The translations under genes and the position numbers were made by a program. 64,000 nucleotides of DNA from NCBI GenBank assembly GCA_002411005.1, contig DHQC01000009.1, positions 36,404 to 100,403 on the forward strand, in the 5' to 3' direction. Positions 37,492-45,145 of the stretch are shown here, one piece after another. The notes beneath the pieces were generated by a model. The model did not search any database. It was not told where the DNA came from and saw nothing but the letters and a program-made list of their open reading frames with translations. The stretch's first letter is position 1, and each line of letters opens with the position of its first letter. Origin of the DNA: Bacillales bacterium UBA5348. Its GTDB lineage: Bacteria > Bacillota_I > Bacilli_A > RF39 > UBA660.

Positions 37492-37896
37492 ATGAGAGAA
37501 TCTGTAGGTGCAACATTCCTGATTAAAATCATGGTTGTTTTCATCGTCTTATACAATAGTATGTTAGCGATTGCTGTAAACTATGCTATGGTTTTCAGAG
37601 TCAAAAACCAAATTATTAACCTTCTTGAACAATACGAAGGCTGTGTTGGCGCGAGAAATAATATAGAGGCATATATAAATAGTGTTGGGTATTATAGAGC
37701 GGTTTCAGATGAAGGACCTTATTCTATAGAACCTATAAACATTTCTGGTAGAGGGACTTATTACCGTGTCACAACGTATATTGAATTTGATTTCCCGATT
37801 GTAAACAGGATATTTCATGTTGATATATCTGGTGAGACCAAAATAATATATGGCGTAAATGAAAATTCAGCTCAGTGTAATGCCGTTGGGCATTAA
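37492..37896 (+). CDS. TadE-like pseudopilin candidate (134 aa)
   Basis: Leader MRESVG followed by ATFLIKIMVVFIVLYNSMLAIAV, then a beta-rich C-terminal domain. Confidence 0.5.
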   Translation: MRESVGATFLIKIMVVFIVLYNSMLAIAVNYAMVFRVKNQIINLLEQYEGCVGARNNIEAYINSVGYYRAVSDEGPYSIEPINISGRGTYYRVTTYIEFDFPIVNRIFHVDISGETKIIYGVNENSAQCNAVGH

Positions 37897-37916
37897 AAGA
37901 GGGAGTTGGTGATTAT

Positions 37917-38903
37917 ATGAATGTAATTGTTTCTAATAAATATCAAGCGTTATTAAGTACACTTGAAATAGACGTCATTAAATCTGTTAATGGCGAATTT
38001 GAGGTGGATGAACTTATAAGTATGTTTTCTAATTTTTTCTATCAGAGAATGATATTGGATATAACAGCCATCAAGGGATATCAAGACGTAAAAAACTTAC
38101 AAAAATTATCTATGGCACTTGATATGGAAAAAATTATTCTTTTATTAGATGACAGTGAAGATAGTTCTTCTTCTATTTATCTTTCAAGACTCATTTCGAT
38201 GGGAATATATAATTTTACTCGAAACAAGGAAGGAATTATGTATTTGTTAAATCATCCCAATTCTTATCGTGATGTTGCCCATATACATCAATTAGATCAA
38301 TTAGCTGAAACAGTTAATGACAAGCATTTAAATGGTAGTGTTAGGGTACTTGGCATAAAAAATTTAACAGACGATGCTGGATCAACAACTTTGATTTATA
38401 TGTTGAAGAAACAATTGTCGAGAAACTACAATGTTGTTGCAATCGAAATAGGCAAAAGAGATTTTGTATATTTTAATGACAAGGAAATGATTTCAACTAC
38501 TAAAGAAGAATTTCCAACTATTTTATTAAAATCAAAAGATGTTGATATAATTTTAGTTGATATAAATGAAAGTAAAACAGAAGAAATATGTGATGATGTT
38601 TTATATTTATTAGAACCTTCTTCTATAAAATTAAATAAATTAATGCGTAGAAATAGAAACATATTTAAACAGTTAAATGGTAAAAAGATTGTTTTAAATA
38701 AAAGCTTGTTGACTTCAAGTGATGTTTTAGATTTTGAAGGTGAAGCAAAGACTAATATATTTTACAATATGCCGCCTTTAAATGATCGTATTTCTAACAA
38801 AACCCTTGATTTATTTTTAGGTAAATTAGGTTTCATTAGGCAAAAAACTAACGAAGAAGAATATGAAGAAAAAGGTAAAATATTAGGTTTATTTAAATTC
38901 TAG
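37917..38903 (+). CDS. TadZ/CpaE-like protein (receiver-like N-domain plus ParA/MinD-like domain with a degenerate P-loop)
   Basis: VRVLGIKNLTDDAGSTTLIYMLKKQL sits where KGGxGKT is expected. DIILVDINES matches the Walker B position. Location inside the Tad module supports the call. Confidence 0.5.
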   Translation: MNVIVSNKYQALLSTLEIDVIKSVNGEFEVDELISMFSNFFYQRMILDITAIKGYQDVKNLQKLSMALDMEKIILLLDDSEDSSSSIYLSRLISMGIYNFTRNKEGIMYLLNHPNSYRDVAHIHQLDQLAETVNDKHLNGSVRVLGIKNLTDDAGSTTLIYMLKKQLSRNYNVVAIEIGKRDFVYFNDKEMISTTKEEFPTILLKSKDVDIILVDINESKTEEICDDVLYLLEPSSIKLNKLMRRNRNIFKQLNGKKIVLNKSLLTSSDVLDFEGEAKTNIFYNMPPLNDRISNKTLDLFLGKLGFIRQKTNEEEYEEKGKILGLFKF

Positions 38904-38938
38904 AATAAGACAAGTGTTCTAATAAGGGAGGTAATTTA

Positions 38939-39277
38939 ATGTTGATGTTAGCTGTCGATTGCTCAGATCCGAATCTTGCTAAAATATTAGGATTAATTAG
39001 GAATATAGTGGAGTTAATTCAAATATTGGTTCCAATCGCTTTAATTTTAATGGGAAGTATTGATTTTGGTAAAGCAGTAATTTCAAGTAATGAGGAAAAT
39101 ATTAAAAAAGAACAAAAGAAATTTATAAGTAGATGCCTTGCAGCTGTTCTAGTATTCTTAGTAGTTGCAATCGTTAATTTTGTAATGAATTTTGTTGGAG
39201 AAGATAGTTGGCAAGGTTGCTGGTCTGCCTCTTCTATAGATGTACATGAAAGAATAACTGATATAGCATATTTGTAA
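38939..39277 (+). CDS. Two-TM hairpin protein, VirB2/TrbC-like pilin candidate (paralog 1)
   Basis: Two hydrophobic helices separated by a Lys-rich loop. Shares GSIDFGKAVIS...IKK...AAVLVFL with the ORFs at 39417 and 41650. Confidence 0.5.
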   Translation: MLMLAVDCSDPNLAKILGLIRNIVELIQILVPIALILMGSIDFGKAVISSNEENIKKEQKKFISRCLAAVLVFLVVAIVNFVMNFVGEDSWQGCWSASSIDVHERITDIAYL

Positions 39278-39365
39278 GAAAAATAAAAAAGTAATTATTT
39301 AAGCTAATACCCCTAGTAATAAAGGATTGTTATGTAAAGGTTTAGTAATATATAAAGTTAAATAA

Positions 39366-39394
39366 TTGACAAACGTTATAAATAAAAGTATTAT
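39366..39394 (+). promoter_or_regulatory. Internal promoter (TTGACA-17 nt-TATTAT) in front of hairpin paralog 2
   Basis: Hexamers at 39366-39371 and 39389-39394, within the 139-bp gap. Confidence 0.6.
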
Positions 39395-39416
39395 GTAAAT
39401 ATGAGGAGGAATTAAA

Positions 39417-39752
39417 ATGTTAATGTTAGAGTGTACTAGAGAAGAATTACTTCCAATAATTGGCTTTATTAAATCTGTATTATTAGTAATTCAAATATTA
39501 ATCCCAATTGGGTTGATTATTTTAGGCACAATTGATTTAGGTAAAGCGGTTATTGCTTCTAAGGAAGATGAAATTAAAAAGAATCAACAAACATTAGTTA
39601 AAAGAGCTTTGGCAGCTGTATTAGTTTTCTTATTGGCTACAATAGTAACTTTCCTAATGGCTTTCGTTGGTGGTGAAACATGGAAAGATTGTTGGGCTTC
39701 AAATCAATGTCAAAATGGTGTAGACCCTATAACAGGCGAATGTAGACCATAA
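39417..39752 (+). CDS. Two-TM hairpin protein, VirB2/TrbC-like pilin candidate (paralog 2)
   Basis: Same architecture as paralog 1 (GTIDLGKAVIASKEDEIKKNQQ...AAVLVFL). Strong GAGGAGG RBS, its own promoter and terminator, and a Cys-containing C-terminal tail. Confidence 0.55.
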   Translation: MLMLECTREELLPIIGFIKSVLLVIQILIPIGLIILGTIDLGKAVIASKEDEIKKNQQTLVKRALAAVLVFLLATIVTFLMAFVGGETWKDCWASNQCQNGVDPITGECRP

Positions 39753-39777
39753 AAACAAGATTTTTTCTTGTTTTTTT
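39751..39777 (+). terminator. Rho-independent terminator inside the cluster
   Basis: AAAAACAAGA-TTTTT-TCTTGTTTTT followed by a T-run. Confidence 0.7.
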
Positions 39778-39866
39778 ATAAGTTTTAACTATAAGAACAT
39801 TTTGTTTATAAAAAAACAAATAAAATGAATGTTAATTAATATTTTAAAAGCAAGGGGATGATGTTA

Positions 39867-41462
39867 ATGAAATTCAAATTAGAAAAAAACAATAACTTTA
39901 AAAGTTTTAAGGTTAAGCCGTTAGTATTAACCATGGTAATGGTGGGCGGTATAATGAGTAGTACTTTAGTTGGATGTAGTTCTAATGAAAGTAATAAGTC
40001 GTTAGACCGAAATCCAAATGTGGTAGTTACATCTGTTAATTCATATAAACTTAATTTAAATGATTTTGATAAAATTGTTGTACCCTCTTTTTCAAGTGAT
40101 GCAAAAGAGACGGTCCATGGGATTGAGAGTTGTACTTTTGAAGATGGAGGTTATAATGCTAAGTTGTTAGATGGCGACAACATTATAAGTTCATTTGATA
40201 ATACACTATTGATTGATACGGACTTTGAACGTAGACAAGCAGGTGACCTTGACAATGGATTAGGTGCTTTTGATGGCGCACTTATAAATTACTATAATCA
40301 GATAAAGGATGTTAAAATTAATAGTGTATCACTAGAAAAAATTGGTGATGAACATTTATTTTTATTTGATACAGGAGCTGTTTCAAATGTTGGCGATAAA
40401 ATAATCACTGAAGAAGAAGTGAAAGTAACAGAAGGAGTGAGAGTTTTACAAACCGTTGATAATGCTATTCCCTATCGTGAATTGGATGCTAATACAGCTC
40501 TCACAAAATATACTAATTCTCGTGAGTATATTGCAGCTTATGTAGAAATCGGCGGAAGAATTGTTGGTCGTTATAAATATATAGGATCTATTGACACTAA
40601 AATAAATGAATGTGATTTTAAATTAGTTTGTTTTAAAAGAAACGATAATACTTATCGTGAATATTTAATAACAAATGATCATTTAATGATTGCCCGTGGT
40701 CTAGCGAAAGAGGAAGAGCCGATTAAGGGAAGCCGATTGGAATATGAAAATGCAACAGGAAATATGAGTATGAATTATAAAGGTGATGTACTTTTTTATA
40801 GGAGAGTTGAGAGTTTAGTCTTAGGTGATGATAATTTCTATTATTTAACCACTAAAAACCGAAACGAAGTTGGGAATATATTGATGACATTCCCTGTAGA
40901 ACATTATAGTTTTGAATTTAGGGATCAAAATAAATTGTTACCTGATGGCTCTGAAACACTTGATATAAGCGATTATACAACGCTATTTTATGACGAAAAC
41001 AGTTTTTCGATGCCTATAATTGGAAAAAACATTACTTTAGCTAAAATAAATGAAAATTATTTATATCTGGTCAACAAACCAAAAAGTTTAGATAAAAAAT
41101 TTGCAGATAATTCAAATACGGCCTTACCTAATCCAACGGCTGGAGTGTATGAAGTTCATTCGATGGCGGTTGGAAAGCATATTACACTGGATGAATTAAA
41201 CAACAATTATACGATGGCTCTAGAACCAATTGATTTTTCGTTTTATTTAGGTAGTAAAGTTTTTAGTAATAATCTTGAGTCGAATGGTAAATATATAGCC
41301 TTTAAAGAGCTTGATATGTTAGGACTTAAGTATTATTCGATTATTCATCAATATAGCGATTCTAATAATCAAACCAAATATTTAGAAATACTTGTTCCAA
41401 AAACATGTGCAGCAATAAAGGGAGAACAACAAGACATTAGTAGACAAAAGATTTATAAATAG
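39867..41462 (+). CDS. Large lipoprotein, unknown function
   Basis: Lipobox STLVG/C after a basic, hydrophobic leader. No recognisable domain. Start chosen 9 nt after AAGGGG. Confidence 0.6.
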   Translation: MKFKLEKNNNFKSFKVKPLVLTMVMVGGIMSSTLVGCSSNESNKSLDRNPNVVVTSVNSYKLNLNDFDKIVVPSFSSDAKETVHGIESCTFEDGGYNAKLLDGDNIISSFDNTLLIDTDFERRQAGDLDNGLGAFDGALINYYNQIKDVKINSVSLEKIGDEHLFLFDTGAVSNVGDKIITEEEVKVTEGVRVLQTVDNAIPYRELDANTALTKYTNSREYIAAYVEIGGRIVGRYKYIGSIDTKINECDFKLVCFKRNDNTYREYLITNDHLMIARGLAKEEEPIKGSRLEYENATGNMSMNYKGDVLFYRRVESLVLGDDNFYYLTTKNRNEVGNILMTFPVEHYSFEFRDQNKLLPDGSETLDISDYTTLFYDENSFSMPIIGKNITLAKINENYLYLVNKPKSLDKKFADNSNTALPNPTAGVYEVHSMAVGKHITLDELNNNYTMALEPIDFSFYLGSKVFSNNLESNGKYIAFKELDMLGLKYYSIIHQYSDSNNQTKYLEILVPKTCAAIKGEQQDISRQKIYK

Positions 41463-41649
41463 TATGATAGTTAAAATTAAGAGGCAAAAAAGCGCCTTTT
41501 TTCTTTTGAAAATAAATTTCAAAGATTATTACAAATCTTTTTTAAATTATAACGATTTTCAGTTTATAAATGTAAAAAAACAAAAATAATTATGTTGATT
41601 ATACTTCGTATTATATGGTATACTTGTAATGTATAAGTGGGTGGTAATA

Positions 41650-42153
41650 ATGTTAAAAATTAAAAAAAGAAACATCTTATTTTTAGTGTCGTTTTTTTTG
41701 CTTACGAGCTTTTTATTTATAGGTGAGGTTAATGCCGCAGGTGTTGATTTTACTGAGGGTAATAATCAATTGGCTTTGGTCAACGAACTGCGTGAGGCCG
41801 AGGAGAGGCAAGCTCAAAGTGAGCAAATCAATTGTGATGATTTTATATATACAGAGGATGAGGCAAATGCAATTGGCAATTATAATTTGGTTCAAGAATT
41901 ATTTAGTCTTATAATGCTGTTGGGACCAATTCTGCTAATTGTTTATGGGACTTTAGATTTTGCTAAGGCTGTTCTGTCAGGGGATGAATCAGCTTTGAAA
42001 AAGGCAGGAACTAATTTTGGCAAAAGAATCTTAGCGCTTATCCTATTATTTCTTATTCCTTTTATAGTTAGTGCACTTCTTAAAATTGCATTTGATGCGG
42101 GTGTATTCGGTGAAGGATTATCAGATATTCCATCTGTTTGTATAACAGAATGA
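41650..42153 (+). CDS. VirB2/TrbC-like propilin candidate with a cleavable signal peptide (paralog 3)
   Basis: Signal peptide ..IGEVNA/AG, an acidic spacer, then a hairpin homologous to paralogs 1 and 2 (GTLDFAKAVLSGDESALKK...LALILLFL). Confidence 0.55.
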   Translation: MLKIKKRNILFLVSFFLLTSFLFIGEVNAAGVDFTEGNNQLALVNELREAEERQAQSEQINCDDFIYTEDEANAIGNYNLVQELFSLIMLLGPILLIVYGTLDFAKAVLSGDESALKKAGTNFGKRILALILLFLIPFIVSALLKIAFDAGVFGEGLSDIPSVCITE

Positions 42154-42173
42154 TTTAGAAAGTAGGTATATAT

Positions 42174-44273
42174 ATGTTGATATTAGATTTTGTGTTAGGT
42201 ATTATACGCCAACTCTTTTTCTTTCTTGATCAAATAATATATGGATTCATTCCAATTCTGTATGACTTTATTATGCTTTTAGCAAAACAGAAACTTTTTA
42301 CAGAAGAAGCAATTCAGGCTTTGGCGGGTAACATTTATGCGATTATAGGTGTTTTTGTGTTGTTTAGACTTGCCTTTGTATTGTTAAATGCAATTATGGA
42401 TCCTGATAAATTAAATGATCAGCAAAAAGGTTTTCCAAAGATGTTAGGCAGAGTAGTCGTAGCTTTAATTTTGATTGTTGCTATCCCTTGGGTATTTTCC
42501 TTTGCTTATAAACTTCAGGCAGTTATAATAAACCAAGGTTTAATAGGCAAGATAATTCTAGGTAGTGATCATGAATATGATCAAGATCCTGGGCAACAGA
42601 TGGGGGAAATGGCATTTAAGGCATTTTTCATGTGTAATCCAAATACAATAGAGGGTTCTGCCCCCCCAGCTGAATCACCATCCACTGGTGAAGGTGAGGG
42701 TGGAACAGGAAACGCTTGTCAAAATGAGTTGGATCAGCAAGGCTTTAAAAAAGCTTTTCCACCAAAGCCTGCTGATGGCGAAGATAAAGCCTCTGCTAAT
42801 TTTGACTGGTTATTAAAACACTTGAATGATGAAAAGGGAGCTGTTAATAGTAATGAAGGCGAAATCTATAAATATTCATATACGTTTGGCATTTCAACTA
42901 TAGCTGGTGGATTTATATTAGCGATGTTAGTAATTTTTATATTTGATATTGCAGTTCGAGTAGTAAAATTAGGATTTTTGCAACTTATTGCACCGGTTGC
43001 TGTCATAGGTTATATTGAGCCAGATGGTGGAATATTCAATAGGTGGCTAAAGATGTGTACATCTACATATATAAATTTATTTGTAAGAATATTAGCAATT
43101 ACATTTGTTGTATATGTCTTAGGTATATTAAATACGTCTCTTATCTTTGAATCGATGGACAGTGTTGAAGCGGCATTTATTAAAATATTTATTATATTTG
43201 GTGCATTGATGTTTGCTAAGGAAGCTCCTGTTATGTTGAAAAATATGTTTAATTTAGAAGAAGGTTCTATTGGAACACTGAACCCAATGAAAAAACTAGG
43301 TGCTGTACCAGTAGTTGGTGGTCTTGCAGCCGCAGGGATAACAGCAGGTGCTAACGCAGGACTTGCAAGAGGTGCAAATAAATTAGCTGGTGTTGGTGGT
43401 GCTCTAGGAGGAGGAATTGGTGCTAAATTAAGAGGTGGAAGTTTTAGAGCTGGCGCAAAAGAGGGTAGAGCGGCAGCTGCTGCTAAGATTCCCGTTCCTA
43501 AGCTTACTGATTCCAAAATTTTTGATAATAAGTTTGCCGCTGCAATAGGTTCTGGCTTGGTAGGCGGTACAACAGCTTTTTCTGGTGTGGCCGGTCAAGA
43601 AGCTGTTATAAAGAAAGCAATAGATAAAGCTGGCGGGGATGAGAGTGCAATGTTTAAGGATCAAGGAGTAAGGGCAGATTATCAAGCTATGGCAGCTAAG
43701 AAGGAAGCTGTAAAACAACAAAAGGAGGCTATGGCAAGACATAGAAACAATTATTCTGACAGTCAATTAAAATATAAAACATCATCTGATACAATGGCTA
43801 ATGCTAATAACAAGTATACACAAGCTAGTCAGGGACTTGCTGCAGCTAAAGCAACTCGCGATTCGGCTCAAGCTATAGCTGCAAAACTAAAACAGGATAT
43901 GGATAGTCTTAGACCTTCAGATCCAAATATTATTTCACCTACATATTCAGCAGCTAAGAGAGAATATGACACATATATGGCTGCCGGTGGTGAATATGAG
44001 GCTGCTAATACTGGTTATAGTTCTGCTGTATCTGTATTTCAAGGTGCAGAAAGAGAGTTGGGTGACGCTCAGACAGCATATACAGATGCTAGAGGAAATC
44101 TTGAAGGTGTTCAAAGAGATTTGCAGACAACCACAGTAAGTCTAGAGACGGCAGAGAAAGCCTTCTCAACAGCAGAAACTAAATTTAATACAAATTTAGA
44201 GGGCCCTGGTAATAGTAAGGATGCTGAAACTTATAAAGCATATAAACGTGGCAAAAGTGCTGGACGTTTATAA
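42174..44273 (+). CDS. VirB6/TrbL-like polytopic channel protein with a long Gly/Ala-rich and coiled-coil C-terminal extension
   Basis: Multiple TM helices in the first ~370 aa. Sits immediately upstream of the VirB3-like and VirB4 genes, as prgH does in pCF10. The C-terminal ~330 aa are low-complexity G/A, then A/Q/K-rich. Confidence 0.55.
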   Translation: MLILDFVLGIIRQLFFFLDQIIYGFIPILYDFIMLLAKQKLFTEEAIQALAGNIYAIIGVFVLFRLAFVLLNAIMDPDKLNDQQKGFPKMLGRVVVALILIVAIPWVFSFAYKLQAVIINQGLIGKIILGSDHEYDQDPGQQMGEMAFKAFFMCNPNTIEGSAPPAESPSTGEGEGGTGNACQNELDQQGFKKAFPPKPADGEDKASANFDWLLKHLNDEKGAVNSNEGEIYKYSYTFGISTIAGGFILAMLVIFIFDIAVRVVKLGFLQLIAPVAVIGYIEPDGGIFNRWLKMCTSTYINLFVRILAITFVVYVLGILNTSLIFESMDSVEAAFIKIFIIFGALMFAKEAPVMLKNMFNLEEGSIGTLNPMKKLGAVPVVGGLAAAGITAGANAGLARGANKLAGVGGALGGGIGAKLRGGSFRAGAKEGRAAAAAKIPVPKLTDSKIFDNKFAAAIGSGLVGGTTAFSGVAGQEAVIKKAIDKAGGDESAMFKDQGVRADYQAMAAKKEAVKQQKEAMARHRNNYSDSQLKYKTSSDTMANANNKYTQASQGLAAAKATRDSAQAIAAKLKQDMDSLRPSDPNIISPTYSAAKREYDTYMAAGGEYEAANTGYSSAVSVFQGAERELGDAQTAYTDARGNLEGVQRDLQTTTVSLETAEKAFSTAETKFNTNLEGPGNSKDAETYKAYKRGKSAGRL

Positions 44274-44298
44274 TAAAATAAAAGGAGTGTGATATATA

Positions 44299-44619
44299 GT
44301 GCATGGTAATTTTTTAATCCCTGCTAACACAAAAAGTGGTGCATTAATGTTTAATATATTTACGCCATTTGATCTAGTTTTGTTTCTATCAGGTGTTAGT
44401 GTTACAATGGTATTACTTTTTATACTACCTATCGAAACATTACCAATAACGCTTATTGCTTTAGCCCCTGCTCTAACATGTACGTTTTTGGTTTTACCGA
44501 TACCTAATTATCATAATGTTTTAACGGTAATTACTAGTGCTTTAAGGTTCTTTAGTGATAGGAGAGTATTTATATGGAAAGGTTGGTGTACAAATGAAAG
44601 ACAAGAAGACAAGAAGTAA
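44299..44619 (+). CDS. PrgI/VirB3-like small membrane protein
   Basis: 106 aa, two TM helices, located directly upstream of VirB4. Confidence 0.45.
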   Translation: MHGNFLIPANTKSGALMFNIFTPFDLVLFLSGVSVTMVLLFILPIETLPITLIALAPALTCTFLVLPIPNYHNVLTVITSALRFFSDRRVFIWKGWCTNERQEDKK

Positions 44620-45145
44620 ATATACTGAAGACTGGATACCTGTAAAATCAATTACTAATGGTATGATTGTACTAGATGATAACACAAAAGTAACAGGTGT
44701 TAAAATAACACCACGTAACATCTTCATTTTAGATGAAGAATCACAGTCTAGTATTATTAGTAATTTAAAAAACTTTTACAATAGTCTAGATTATGAATTT
44801 TGGTTAATGGTGGCAGATAGACCGGTTGATATTACATTATATCTATCGCAATTACAACTTTTGTATAATAATGTCCAAAATAATCAAATTAGAAAATTAA
44901 TTGCTCAAGATGTTGAAAAAGCTAATGATTTTGCAAGTAACAATGTTGTTGACACGGAGTATTATCTTTTATTTAAAGAAAAAAATCCTGAAATTATTGG
45001 AAAACGCATTAGGGCGATCATAAATAATTTAGCAGCTTGTGGTCTTAATTGTTCACAAACAACTAATGATGATTTAAGAGTTATTTTAGATAATTTCTTA
45101 AATGGAGGTAATACTACAGAGTTTGGGACGGTGATGCCTTTATGA
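44594..45145 (+). CDS. VirB4 N-terminal domain encoded as a separate ORF
   Basis: TEDWIPVKSITNGMIVLDDNTKVTGVKITPRNIFILDEESQ resembles the N-terminal region of Firmicutes VirB4/PrgJ/TcpF-type ATPases. Its TGA stop overlaps the next ATG (ATGA at 45142-45145). Confidence 0.55.
   Translation: MKDKKTRSKYTEDWIPVKSITNGMIVLDDNTKVTGVKITPRNIFILDEESQSSIISNLKNFYNSLDYEFWLMVADRPVDITLYLSQLQLLYNNVQNNQIRKLIAQDVEKANDFASNNVVDTEYYLLFKEKNPEIIGKRIRAIINNLAACGLNCSQTTNDDLRVILDNFLNGGNTTEFGTVMPL

Noticed and set aside
41464-41589. 41-codon basic ORF in the gap between the lipoprotein gene and VirB2-like paralog 3
   Set aside because: It has no RBS, spans the weak terminator-like hairpin, and its composition is typical of AT-rich intergenic DNA.
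43010-43766. Two long minus-strand ORFs (168 and 112 aa) inside the VirB6-like gene
   Set aside because: They are produced by the locally GC-richer Gly/Ala-coding stretch, which is stop-poor in several frames. Their translations are Pro/Ala low complexity, and the sense-strand gene is continuous with the membrane domain.
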